From IMG/VR virus record IMGVR_UViG_3300030419_007131, positions 101,066-165,065 of that record: a stretch of DNA of 64,000 nucleotides, one strand, 5' to 3'. The notes beneath the pieces were generated by a model. It saw nothing but the letters and a program-made list of their open reading frames with translations, searched no databases and was not told the origin of the DNA. Positions 55,012-63,968 of the stretch are shown one piece after another. The translations under genes were made by a program, and so were the position numbers. Source of the stretch: a virus. The stretch's first letter is position 1, and every line of letters begins with the position of its first letter.

Positions 55012-56304
55012 CTATTTTTCAGTGGGAACGACAACCATTCGTTCCGGCTTCGGATTGAAGTAGGGACGGTTGCCGTGGTACTCATCGGTAATCCACATGC
55101 GCTGGACTCGGCACGCAACCGGCTTCGGTGCTTCCATGTCGGTGCAGATGATAAGACCATCGAACCCGCCGGTTTCATTGACAAACTTCGTCGGAGCATC
55201 AAAGCAGGTTCCACCGTACATGGTGCGCTCGGTCTTGCGACTTTGACCTTTCTTCCAAACCCAATTCTTCTCAGGGTCAACGCGAGTGTCAAACGGAACC
55301 ACTGTGAACTCTGCAATCTTTGCCAGAGTATTCAACTCCGCGAAGAATGCGGTCAGCATAGCCTCGGAGACAGAGCCGGATTGGTCGATTGCAACCGCAA
55401 TCTTTGCTTGTCGAGTTGCCTTCTTGCCGGGATGCTGGTAAGGATAGCGCTTGTTGATCTTGCGAACCGTGCTGCGCTTGTTGGCCTTCTGGCTCTGCTT
55501 CACAAAGTAGCGAAGCACCTTGCGCCAGTCAACCTTCGTTGAGATAGACGCGATGATTTCCTTGCGGCAGTCAGCCGGAACACTTCCCCAACCTCGGCTG
55601 GAAGAGTTTGCCTCTTCAACAGCGTCCTTGATGAACTCCTTGACTCGCTCCTCGGCAATCTGCTTTGTCTGCTCGTCCATTTCGTCCCAGCCGGAGTGGT
55701 CATCGAAAGAGTCCATTCCGTCCAGGGGGTTTCCGTTGCCGTTGCCCTGTCCTTGACCTTGACCTTCGCCATCACCTTGACCTTCGCCATTACCTTCGCC
55801 CTCGGGCGGGTCCTTCTGCATCTTGCGAAGTTCGCGAAGATAGTGCTCGGCAGTCTTGTGGGGCTCAAGGTGTTCAAACGGAGCCTTCCCAGGGAAGCAA
55901 GCACCCTCGGGAAGGTTCGGCAGGTTGCCGTTGATTGCAAGGTCCATCGCAATGTTGTGAATCTTGCGCTCGCTGGGTGCCATGTCGCGGAACGACAGAA
56001 AGCGGCCACCAGTAACATGCTGAAACACGATGTGATAGAATTCGTGCTTGAGAATGTCCTTGCGACACTCATCAGTCATGTTCGCAAAGAATTTCGGATT
56101 GTAGAGCATCTGCAACTTGCCCTCTTCGGTCACAGTCACACCAGCAGTCGGAATCGCGTTGCTTGCACGCTTATCCATCCGGCGCGAAAGCGCAGCGAAG
56201 AAAGGTTCGTCCATCAGCAGACGGTGAACATGGACATTTAGGTCGAAAGCAGACACATCCACTTCCTCGGTTTCGGCTACTTCGTTGTTAGCTGGCTCGG
56301 TCAT
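55012..56304 (-). CDS. DUF2201-like metallopeptidase + VWA protein
   Basis: PTAGV, HEFYH...H, NIAMDLAIN, G-rich linker, DHSGW, DQSGS MIDAS, GGT, TD. Confidence 0.9.
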   Translation of the reverse strand: MTEPANNEVAETEEVDVSAFDLNVHVHRLLMDEPFFAALSRRMDKRASNAIPTAGVTVTEEGKLQMLYNPKFFANMTDECRKDILKHEFYHIVFQHVTGGRFLSFRDMAPSERKIHNIAMDLAINGNLPNLPEGACFPGKAPFEHLEPHKTAEHYLRELRKMQKDPPEGEGNGEGQGDGEGQGQGQGNGNGNPLDGMDSFDDHSGWDEMDEQTKQIAEERVKEFIKDAVEEANSSSRGWGSVPADCRKEIIASISTKVDWRKVLRYFVKQSQKANKRSTVRKINKRYPYQHPGKKATRQAKIAVAIDQSGSVSEAMLTAFFAELNTLAKIAEFTVVPFDTRVDPEKNWVWKKGQSRKTERTMYGGTCFDAPTKFVNETGGFDGLIICTDMEAPKPVACRVQRMWITDEYHGNRPYFNPKPERMVVVPTEK

Positions 56305-56329
56305 TGAGCGTTCCTCCATTGTTAACTAT

Positions 56330-56358
56330 AGTATAGCAGAAAAGTGGTGGCCTGTCAA
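56330..56358 (-). promoter_or_regulatory. sigma70 early promoter
   Basis: TTGACA-17-TATACT, extended TG. Confidence 0.8.
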
Positions 56359-56398
56359 GCGCGGATTGGACAAGTTCACTTGACAGGCCGCCCACTAA

Positions 56399-57460
56399 TC
56401 AGCATTTGTCGCCAGTAAGGATTTCAACAAGGTAGTTGCCGACTGCTCGGCCTTTCTTGTCCTTTGTGGAATGGAAAGCAATTGCGTTGTCCTGATTCGC
56501 CTGACCAATCACGGTCCAGAGCTTCATGGCAGGCTCGGACGGCAAAAACATGAAGTATGCCGCGAGGTTTTGCAGTTCGCCCTCGTTCAGAGCATTCGCA
56601 AATCGCTCACTTGCTGCCATCTTGTCAATGAGAGCGCAGTGCTGGTTCAGGTCAACATCGGGAGTCTTTCCCTTGTCCAAAACATCGGAAATGGTGATAA
56701 CCTTGCTGTAGTTGGCAACGAAGTCGTTGAAGGACACCGCAGCCTCGAATCCGAGGTAAGCCGAAGCCAACGCAAACACAGCCGGGTTAGACTGTCCAGC
56801 TTCCAGAAGGCACGCAGCCGAAACAGTGTCGGAGAAGCGTGCCCAGGAACGACGCGAAGGATAAACCTTGTTCGGCTCCGGGTCGTCGTTGTGCTCAAGG
56901 TGCTCGGTGTTGTTCCGAATGAAGTCGGTAACGAGTGGCTCGCAGTTATCGGCAGCCCACGCAATCCAGTCATCAATTGAAGGTTCAACATCGAACACGG
57001 TGTAACGGTCCAGTTCAGCCGGGTCCATTTCGCCCACCTGATAGGAAGCCGCACCCGCGTGGGTTCCACCATTCACCGCAGCGAAAATCAGGGTGTCGGG
57101 GTGAAGCGCGTGACCTGCCAGCTTGCGCGAGTCGCACAACTCAAAAATGCCCTGTCGTACTTCCAGGGTTGCACGGTCAACCTCATCGAGGAAGAGGACG
57201 ACGCCATTATCGCACGCAGTGGCGAACCAGTCTGGAGGACAAAAGGAAGTCACCCCTTCGTCCACAGTCGGCAGACCCAAAAGGTCGCCTTCCGTCATCT
57301 GGCTAGCCCGTCGTTCGACGATGGGCAGTCCCAGGGCTTCCGCGTACTGGTAAACCACAGAAGACTTACCAATGCCGTGGCGACCACGAAGCAGGACAGG
57401 GTGATTCGCACTTGTAACGTGCGGGAGGACGAGGAGAAGATTCTTGAAATCAATTGCCAT
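56399..57460 (-). CDS. MoxR-like AAA+ ATPase
   Basis: GRHGIGKS, DLLGLP, LFLDEVDRA, AAVN, MDPAELDR, PSRRSW. Confidence 0.9.
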   Translation of the reverse strand: MAIDFKNLLLVLPHVTSANHPVLLRGRHGIGKSSVVYQYAEALGLPIVERRASQMTEGDLLGLPTVDEGVTSFCPPDWFATACDNGVVLFLDEVDRATLEVRQGIFELCDSRKLAGHALHPDTLIFAAVNGGTHAGAASYQVGEMDPAELDRYTVFDVEPSIDDWIAWAADNCEPLVTDFIRNNTEHLEHNDDPEPNKVYPSRRSWARFSDTVSAACLLEAGQSNPAVFALASAYLGFEAAVSFNDFVANYSKVITISDVLDKGKTPDVDLNQHCALIDKMAASERFANALNEGELQNLAAYFMFLPSEPAMKLWTVIGQANQDNAIAFHSTKDKKGRAVGNYLVEILTGDKC

Positions 57461-57506
57461 TTTAGTTCCTTGTTAGTGGGGCCTCTCAACCCCGTCCATT
57501 ATCTAT

Positions 57507-57535
57507 ATAGTACCATACCTGACCGCTGAAGTCAA
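57507..57535 (-). promoter_or_regulatory. sigma70 early promoter
   Basis: TTGACT-17-TACTAT, extended TG. Confidence 0.75.
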
Positions 57536-57558
57536 GCAAAATAATCATCACTTATATA

Positions 57559-58419
57559 CTAACTATCATTGTCCGGAAGTTCGGGATCTTTCATTTCAGA
57601 AAGTTCAATCTCGCCATTTACGTATTGCTGAAGCTGCTTCCTTTGCGAGTCATCGAAGGTTCTGAAATCCCTCTCCGTCTGCTCCTGTGGGGCAGCAAAG
57701 TGAACCTTTGTGGCCTTCTTCACTCCCTTCGGGGACACGAAAGCGTCTCCACTGAAATCACTCTGACCTCTTGAAACCACTTCCCAATCCACATTGGTCA
57801 AGCGTTCCTGCCGGTCCAACTTCTGGTTATACCAGCCAGCCATTCCGGCACGCGGGACAAGACCGGGAATACAAGGAAGAGTAATACCGACTGCTTTGTA
57901 GTAAGGCAGCTCAGCGAGGCTCGCCCCAATGCGCTCAAAGGACGCAATAGTTGTTGAGTGTAGCCAAAGATTAGTTCCAGGGATGCCGTGATAGTGGGTA
58001 AGACCTTCACCAAACACACTTTGCATTACCAGCCCAACGGGAGGAACATAACCTTCATTGTCCGGATAGTGGTAGTGATCGCGATCATGATACGACGCAT
58101 CCTTGCAACGCACCAAAGCGCCAACTCCCAGACCAACATCACTTGCCCACTTGACAAGCGCGGTGCGCCACAAAACAAGGTCATCATGAAAGAGCGACTT
58201 GTGCGCCTTCATTGTATCGCAACCGGCGCGAGTGTGTCCGCTTTCATCACAGTAGCCACAAATCTTTGGCTTTGCCTTGCGGTCAAGGATTCTCTGCCAT
58301 TCGCGACCCCTGTAACTGGTGGGGTCGTCCTCCCACGCTTTTTTCAGTGTGGGGCAACTCGTTTTATTGTGCCCGTTTTCGTAGCAAACACCGCATCGGA
58401 CTGTTCCACTCCAACTCAT
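57559..58419 (-). CDS. protein with two CCHC zinc knuckles
   Basis: CGVCYENGHNKTSC and CGYCDESGHTRAGC. Confidence 0.75.
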   Translation of the reverse strand: MSWSGTVRCGVCYENGHNKTSCPTLKKAWEDDPTSYRGREWQRILDRKAKPKICGYCDESGHTRAGCDTMKAHKSLFHDDLVLWRTALVKWASDVGLGVGALVRCKDASYHDRDHYHYPDNEGYVPPVGLVMQSVFGEGLTHYHGIPGTNLWLHSTTIASFERIGASLAELPYYKAVGITLPCIPGLVPRAGMAGWYNQKLDRQERLTNVDWEVVSRGQSDFSGDAFVSPKGVKKATKVHFAAPQEQTERDFRTFDDSQRKQLQQYVNGEIELSEMKDPELPDNDS

Positions 58420-58464
58420 GTTTTTCTCTCCCGTGTGGGGGTTCTATCTCTAGCTTCTGATTAT

Positions 58465-58493
58465 ATCATAGCACGTTTAGGGTGTGCTGTCAA
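58465..58493 (-). promoter_or_regulatory. sigma70 early promoter
   Basis: TTGACA-17-TATGAT, extended TG. Confidence 0.8.
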
Positions 58494-58660
58494 CCACTAT
58501 CTGTCATTTGATAAAAGGGGGGCAACCGCTTTTCAGGTGTTGCTACCTAGACAACTTTCAACATATTTCGCGACTTGGCTCCGTTCAATACTTCCGCGTG
58601 CACGCTGGGATTCATGGTTGTCATTGAATCCATTTATTACGTTTTATTCACCCCTTGTTG

Positions 58661-59269
58661 TTACTTTCGCTTTTTGGCCTTCTTCAGCCATCGTTCTTCC
58701 GTCCAAATCGGAGCGGCTGCCCCAATGGGCAAAACCTGGATTGGCTTGGCCCCTTTCGCATGGGAACTCACATGCTCGGCGTTGCCGTATTTTAGGATGA
58801 TGCAGAGCTGTCCTTTGTGGGTGCGGGCACCTGTACGAAAAACAGCAGTCCCTCCAACTGGAAACTTGCATTCCCCCTGAATGTTTCGAATTACACCAGC
58901 CGCGTACTTGTTGAGTACGAGCTTGTTATATTCCTTCTGAGAGGGAGGACCGGCGCACCGGACTCCCTCGGTCGTCAGATACTTCCAAACGATGTTGCCG
59001 TAGTATCCCGTCTTGCGGTAATACTGGAGGGCGATGTTGAACTTCTCTTCCTTTTCTTCGTTCCAGTCTTGTGTCCACGTTGCACGGGACTTCAAAGCCT
59101 CATCAGACCATCGGCCTTCGACCTGTTGCAATACCTCTTCTTGACGCGGCGATAAAGTGCCACGCTTCTTGAGTTGTTCTTCAAGAGATTGCATGAACCC
59201 AAAATCCCAGTCACTCTCATCACCGGCAATTGAGATTCGCCCCATCACGTTATTGATTCGTTCAAGCAT
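58661..59269 (-). CDS. hypothetical protein
   Basis: WDFGFMQSL..Q...LSPRQ; C-terminal SH3-like segment. Confidence 0.6.
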   Translation of the reverse strand: MLERINNVMGRISIAGDESDWDFGFMQSLEEQLKKRGTLSPRQEEVLQQVEGRWSDEALKSRATWTQDWNEEKEEKFNIALQYYRKTGYYGNIVWKYLTTEGVRCAGPPSQKEYNKLVLNKYAAGVIRNIQGECKFPVGGTAVFRTGARTHKGQLCIILKYGNAEHVSSHAKGAKPIQVLPIGAAAPIWTEERWLKKAKKRK

Positions 59270-59296
59270 GGTGTTCCCTTCGTCCACTGTCTCTAT

Positions 59297-59325
59297 ATAC
59301 TACCATAGTCCAGCCCGCTTGTCAA
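59297..59325 (-). promoter_or_regulatory. sigma70 early promoter
   Basis: TTGACA-17-TAGTAT, extended TG. Confidence 0.75.
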
Positions 59326-59678
59326 CCCTCAATCAAGATTTTAAGGTTTGTGATATGCTTGCACTTTCCACGAAACTGGAATCCAGAGCACTGACACTTC
59401 CACTTGTCACCCTGCTTTGTCACTGTGTAGACCTTGCCTTTCGAGCCCTTGACCTCAATGGTCTGGATGGGTTCTTCGGAGTAATTGGAATCCCAATACT
59501 TTCGGGCTTCAGTGCCCCAGCAAAAGAAGCCTTCAATGTCTTCTCGCGTAGTCTCAGGGGGCACTTCAATATGAACCCCGCCGGAGCCTGCGTAAGTCTT
59601 GCCGGAAATAGGCGCAACCCAAACTGCGGGAGGCCACGGCACGATGTAGCGATTGTCAGGCGTCGTTTTGGGAGGCAT
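59322..59678 (-). CDS. SWIM zinc-finger protein
   Basis: GSKGKVYTV...WKCQCSGFQFRGKCKH. Confidence 0.8.
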   Translation of the reverse strand: MPPKTTPDNRYIVPWPPAVWVAPISGKTYAGSGGVHIEVPPETTREDIEGFFCWGTEARKYWDSNYSEEPIQTIEVKGSKGKVYTVTKQGDKWKCQCSGFQFRGKCKHITNLKILIEG

Positions 59679-59874
59679 ACTCGGCAGCCAATCGGTCAAA
59701 GGTTTCGCGCTGAAAAGCCTCAATGCTGAAATACTCCTCATTGAGAGTATCCCAATAAACACCAGCCGAGGCTAGCATCTCTTCTACTTCTTCGCCTAGA
59801 CTGCCTGAAGCAATCCTGTCTTCTGTTAGACGCTCCAAAGCTGCCTTTTCCAAACTTAGAATTCCGTCAATCAT
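59656..59874 (-). CDS. acidic hypothetical protein
   Basis: start MIDGIL; GGAGG SD. Confidence 0.55.
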   Translation of the reverse strand: MIDGILSLEKAALERLTEDRIASGSLGEEVEEMLASAGVYWDTLNEEYFSIEAFQRETFDRLAAEYASQNDA

Positions 59875-60203
59875 TAGTTGTCCTCCGGTAGGGTCCTGTT
59901 TGACTCTCCCTCTACTATAACACCCAAGAGGGGCGTTGTCAAGCATGAATCTTCAAAGTCCACATCGAGCTGGATGAAATATTCATCTATCGCCTGCTGC
60001 GCCGACTGCACAGTGGGTTCTGTATTCCAAGGGAGAGGTTCAATCTCAGGAATACAGATCGGTTTAGTGAGATTGTAGACTTCCACTTCGCGGCCTCCCA
60101 ACCAAATACATAAATAAATGTCGCGCTCTACTGTAACTAGTTCTGCGCCATCGACAAGGTTCAAAAGATCAATAGCATTCCAAGAGCAATTTTTAATCGT
60201 CAT
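59874..60203 (-). CDS. hypothetical protein
   Basis: 109 aa. Confidence 0.55.
   Translation of the reverse strand: MTIKNCSWNAIDLLNLVDGAELVTVERDIYLCIWLGGREVEVYNLTKPICIPEIEPLPWNTEPTVQSAQQAIDEYFIQLDVDFEDSCLTTPLLGVIVEGESNRTLPEDN
59914..59942 (-). promoter_or_regulatory. sigma70 early promoter inside a CDS
   Basis: TTGACA-17-TATAGT, extended TG. Confidence 0.7.
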
Positions 60204-60950
60204 GTTCTTCTATCTCCACCATTTCTAAATCCGCGAGTTGAAAGTTTTCCTTCTCGCTAAACCAATACCGCTCCTGGTTCGTGACATTCAACATTCGTAC
60301 AAGACAACGACGTTCATATACCTCTTTCACCTCAAACAGGTGGCGGGAGTATTTCTCCATCCAGTCTATCGTCGGGTTGGGAATCAGTTCCACAATGTCA
60401 CCCGGCTTCATCAGCCAGTTCCAGATTGGCTTTGCCGATAATCCACACCCATTCGGGAACGCTTCCAATCATCTTCAGTTCCACCCCAGTTTCCGTAGGA
60501 AAATCAAGGACTTGAAAGGTCTTGTCCCGATAGTTCTCCATCCAATCCACGGTGGGTTTTTCAATCAACTTTACAATATCACCGACCTTCACTTACCAAC
60601 TCCAAATCTCTCGCTCTGTATGAGCCATGATCTCTACCTTTATTTTCGTGCCACCATTCTATAACTTTGAATTCATGAGTGCCGGGGATTTCCCGCACGA
60701 TTATTCCAAGCCAGCCGCCCCAATCGTCATGATGGGTGGAGGTCCGATACTTTACCAAGTCACCGACTTTCATTTACCAATACCAATTCCTCGGGCATGT
60801 GATTGACTGTCTCCACTGCGCCGTCGTCGGAGCATACCCACTGCACCGCTTTATGTTCTCCGTCAGTAGGCTCGCCAATTATAAGTCCCAGCCAAGCATT
60901 AAAATTTTCGTTCTCGTGCCGAGGGCGGCATCTTACCAAGTCACCGATTT

Positions 60951-61040
60951 TCATTCTTCATCCTTCCGTGGGGCACCCAAAAACCAAACCAACCCATAAA
61001 ACACAACTGTGACGGCCCAAGTTATGAGGTTATGCTTCAT
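60951..61040 (-). CDS. 29-aa TM peptide within the array (not in the track)
   Basis: MKHNLITWAVTVVFYGLVWFLGAPRKDEE*; ATGA overlaps at both ends. Confidence 0.55.
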   Translation of the reverse strand: MKHNLITWAVTVVFYGLVWFLGAPRKDEE

Positions 61041-61929
61041 TCTACCACCACAATCTCGTTCGTGCGAATGGATTCTTCCCATTCTTGTTGGTCGTGCAAA
61101 GAGTGGTGCGGCCCCTTACACCAATCCACAACCACTAGGTATTCGTACTCGTCATTGTCAAAGAAATTGATGCCTTCAAACTGCACTTCTTTCACAATCC
61201 CAACATCATGCTGAGGGCTGTCACGGTCTAGCGTGAAGTTATCATACCAGCGAAGCAACTGTCCTACTTTGGGAATCATTGCATAATCTCCATCTGCCCT
61301 TGATACAAGGATTCCTCAATCATTTCAGGGCTGTGGTGGGTGGTGTTTTTGGTTATCGCCCACGCAATATGGTAATAACCACTCCAATCCTCGCCGGGGA
61401 GTTGTGTCACAATCCCCAACTCATCAATGTCGGCACCCTCGGTATCATCCCCGTGCCAGCGAACCAACATTCCAATTCTCAAATCAGCGTGAGTTTGCAC
61501 GAGAGATTACCTCCAGAGTGTCGCGCCGGGTGTAAACATCCCAGCTATCTCCAGCTTCCAAATCAGTATCTAAAAAGCGTACCCAAACATGGATGCCTTC
61601 AGTTCCTACAATATATCCCGCCGCATGTGTGGGCAGACTTAGGGACCTTACAAGGTCCCCCACTCTCGGTGCTTCACTAGCCACGCTGAATCCTTATCTC
61701 GCCTGCTTCCAAGTAGTCGTCAAGTTCATGATAGTAATAGTGGAGAGGCATCCGGTGGGTGTCTTTACCCATAAATTGAATCAGCAGAGCTTGTTCGTCG
61801 TGAGGATCAACGTCGGTGCCCACAACGTAGCCCGCACAATCGTTCGCGCCACCTTCCCCAATAAAAACAACAAGGTCGCCCCGTCTCAAATCGTCTATCT
61901 GATTCACGCCTACCCTCCATTGTGCTTAC

Positions 61930-61958
61930 AGCATACCACACAAAGCAGGCTAAGTCAA
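61930..61958 (-). promoter_or_regulatory. sigma70 early promoter
   Basis: TTGACT-17-TATGCT, extended TG. Confidence 0.75.
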
Positions 61959-63456
61959 GGGCTATTTCTCAAACCATAGATTCACGCCGCCGAGACTACT
62001 TCAAAATACTTGGAGGGATACCAGTCATTATCAACTCGGATGTTGAACTGTGCTTCGGGGTCGCGCTCGTGGCGATACATTCCCGTCACGAGAACAGCCT
62101 GCCTCTTTGCCGACCACTCTCTATTGTACCTCCAGGTATAGCCGTGCTTCACTCTTACAAGGTCACCGACTTTCACTTACAATCTCCAAGTCTTTCGGTA
62201 TTACCCAACTCACATCCTGACCACCATCATCCAACCACTGAACACGCACTTCCTTGTAAGGAGGATCCCCCTCGAACATCGGTGACTTGAAGATCTCTAC
62301 TATTATTCCCGCAGCGCGTTTTCCTTCGCCCCACCGCAATGCCACCAAATCACCGATTTTCACCGTACCACCTCCAGTTCTTCGGCTACCCACTGTACTT
62401 CGTTCGTGGAGTCAAACCAGTAAACCTTCCAGCGTTTAATTCGCTTGCCACTCTTAGTACTGTATTCCCCTAAGCCAGTGATAAGACCCATACGCCTCCA
62501 CGGGGGCGGAGACTCGTGCAAGTCCTCGCGCCCTTTCCACGTTACCAAGTCACCGACCTTCACTTACAACCTCCAAAAACTCGGGCAACTCGGTACTCTT
62601 CTCGGGATGGCTCGCACGACCACTCGGCAGCGCGTGCTGGTCCAACCACAGAACATCCACCGCCATGCCGTTGAAACCAACTATTATTCCCATGCAGTTG
62701 TGCAAGCCGGTTAGGGATTTGTCGTATTTTACCAAGTCACCGATTTGCATCTTCTGGCTCCACGCTGGAGATTACTTTTACGCATGCGGCCCTTTGCCAG
62801 CTTCCGCCCGGCTTTTGTTTCAGGCTTCCAAGACCTTTGCCGTCCCAGATTACCTTGACTTCGTGCCGCTCCCCTAAGTCACGAATGTCTCTCGTGTCCA
62901 CAATAATCCCCTGAAGATTGTGGTAGGAGCCACCGACCCACTTTACTAAATCACCGATTTTCACTGATTACCTCCAACCCCGATTCTTCAAAAAGAATAG
63001 GATGAGTGACGCCCACGATTTTCACCCACTTATCGTCAGCCCACTCCACAATCCAGAGTGAGCCATCAATCTCATACCTCAGCAGGTCGCCCCGTTTCAT
63101 AATTTCTACTTACAACTTTCCAATGTTTCGGTGCAGCCATTTCTGGGCGGTCTGAATCAAAAAACTGAATCTGTATTCTATCGAACACAAGAGCTTCCAG
63201 GCTCACCACCATCGCAATAGGCGACGGACATTCGCGTGTCCCAAAGTGCTTTAGTGTAATCAAGTCGCCTACTTGAAAGTCCATCATGGCTCCAGCGAAA
63301 GGATTTCAAAGTTTTCCAACTGATACCATGCGTTCACATGGTCGCCCGCGAACTGAATCCACTCCCCGCGCTGGTCGCACTTGTATCCTGTAACAATTTT
63401 CATTATCTGAGAGCAGTCGCGCACGAGTGCTCCAATCATTACCATTCCGCGAGCCT

Positions 63457-63525
63457 TCATCGTCGGTCGTCCCAGTGATTCCAAATGTAAAGTAGACACG
63501 CAGTCCCGATCAAAAATTCTAGCAT
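63457..63525 (-). CDS. 22-aa hydrophobic peptide (not in the track)
   Basis: AGGAG SD; MLEFLIGTACLLYIWNHWDDRR*; ATGA overlap with the next gene. Confidence 0.45.
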   Translation of the reverse strand: MLEFLIGTACLLYIWNHWDDRR

Positions 63526-63536
63526 CTTATATTCTC

Positions 63537-63917
63537 CTAGTAGCAAATGTTAGTGGTAGCGTAAATGTCCCAGAAGCCGCATCCCCGAGTTTCGATGTCG
63601 GTGTCCTCCTCGCCAACTCTCACAAACTTGATGTGTTCGCTGGAGGCTTGCGGCTTGCCATCGACTTCAAACTCATATTCATCGGACTCGGCCTCGATAA
63701 TGAACCTCTCAAGTGTTTGGATACACTCGTAGGAGTCGTACCACTTGATACCGTCCCAGCGAATAAGCCACGATTTCTCGTTTTCGTAGTTGCGCTCAAA
63801 GTAATCGGCGTCGTTGAATACCAAGGCTTGCGCTGCGGCATTTTGAGAACACGCGAGCGTCAAAAAGGGTGTTAGATGCTTACTGATTGCTAGAACAACT
63901 TGAGAGCGATAGCCCAT
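63537..63917 (-). CDS. phage hypothetical protein (MGYRSQV...KWY...FVRVGEE..D family)
   Basis: own promoter and GGAGG SD. Confidence 0.7.
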   Translation of the reverse strand: MGYRSQVVLAISKHLTPFLTLACSQNAAAQALVFNDADYFERNYENEKSWLIRWDGIKWYDSYECIQTLERFIIEAESDEYEFEVDGKPQASSEHIKFVRVGEEDTDIETRGCGFWDIYATTNICY

Positions 63918-63939
63918 TACATACCTCCATTGTGCTTAC

Positions 63940-63968
63940 AGCATACCACGGGAAGCGGCTGCTGTCAA
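63940..63968 (-). promoter_or_regulatory. sigma70 early promoter
   Basis: TTGACA-17-TATGCT, extended TG. Confidence 0.8.

Larger units (their letters stand above)
60193..63460 (-). repeat. tandem array of 16 small paralogous SH3/KOW-like CDS: 60193-60411, 60398-60592, 60579-60773, 60760-60954, 61037-61279, 61276-61500, 61484-61684, 61677-61907, 61982-62176, 62163-62363, 62360-62563, 62550-62750, 62737-62964, 62951-63100, 63072-63287, 63284-63460
   Basis: shared MK[VI]GDLV...G[IL][IV]...V.W...LE[VL][VI]S pattern; recurring plus-strand DNA junction ~TTAC(C)AAGTCACCGA(C/T)(C/T)TTCA(C/T); 62951-63100 (MKRGDLLRY...LEVISENR) translated by hand. Confidence 0.85.
61914..63949. repeat. 26-bp direct repeat (61914-61939 and 63924-63949) covering -10 box, leader and SD
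   Basis: CCTCCATTGTGCTTACAGCATACCAC is identical at both sites. Confidence 0.9.

Noticed and set aside
55735-55805. GEGQG/GNG tandem repeats
   Set aside because: Ordinary low-complexity linker of DUF2201-type proteins
50552-59729. Many 100-270 aa plus-strand and alternate-frame ORFs
   Set aside because: Shadows of GC-richer minus-strand genes that have their own promoters and SDs; no motifs
60193-63460. CRISPR array, integron or DGR as the explanation of the periodic repeats
   Set aside because: Repeats are degenerate and coding; no attC-like palindromes, integrase, reverse transcriptase or adenine-specific TR/VR pair seen
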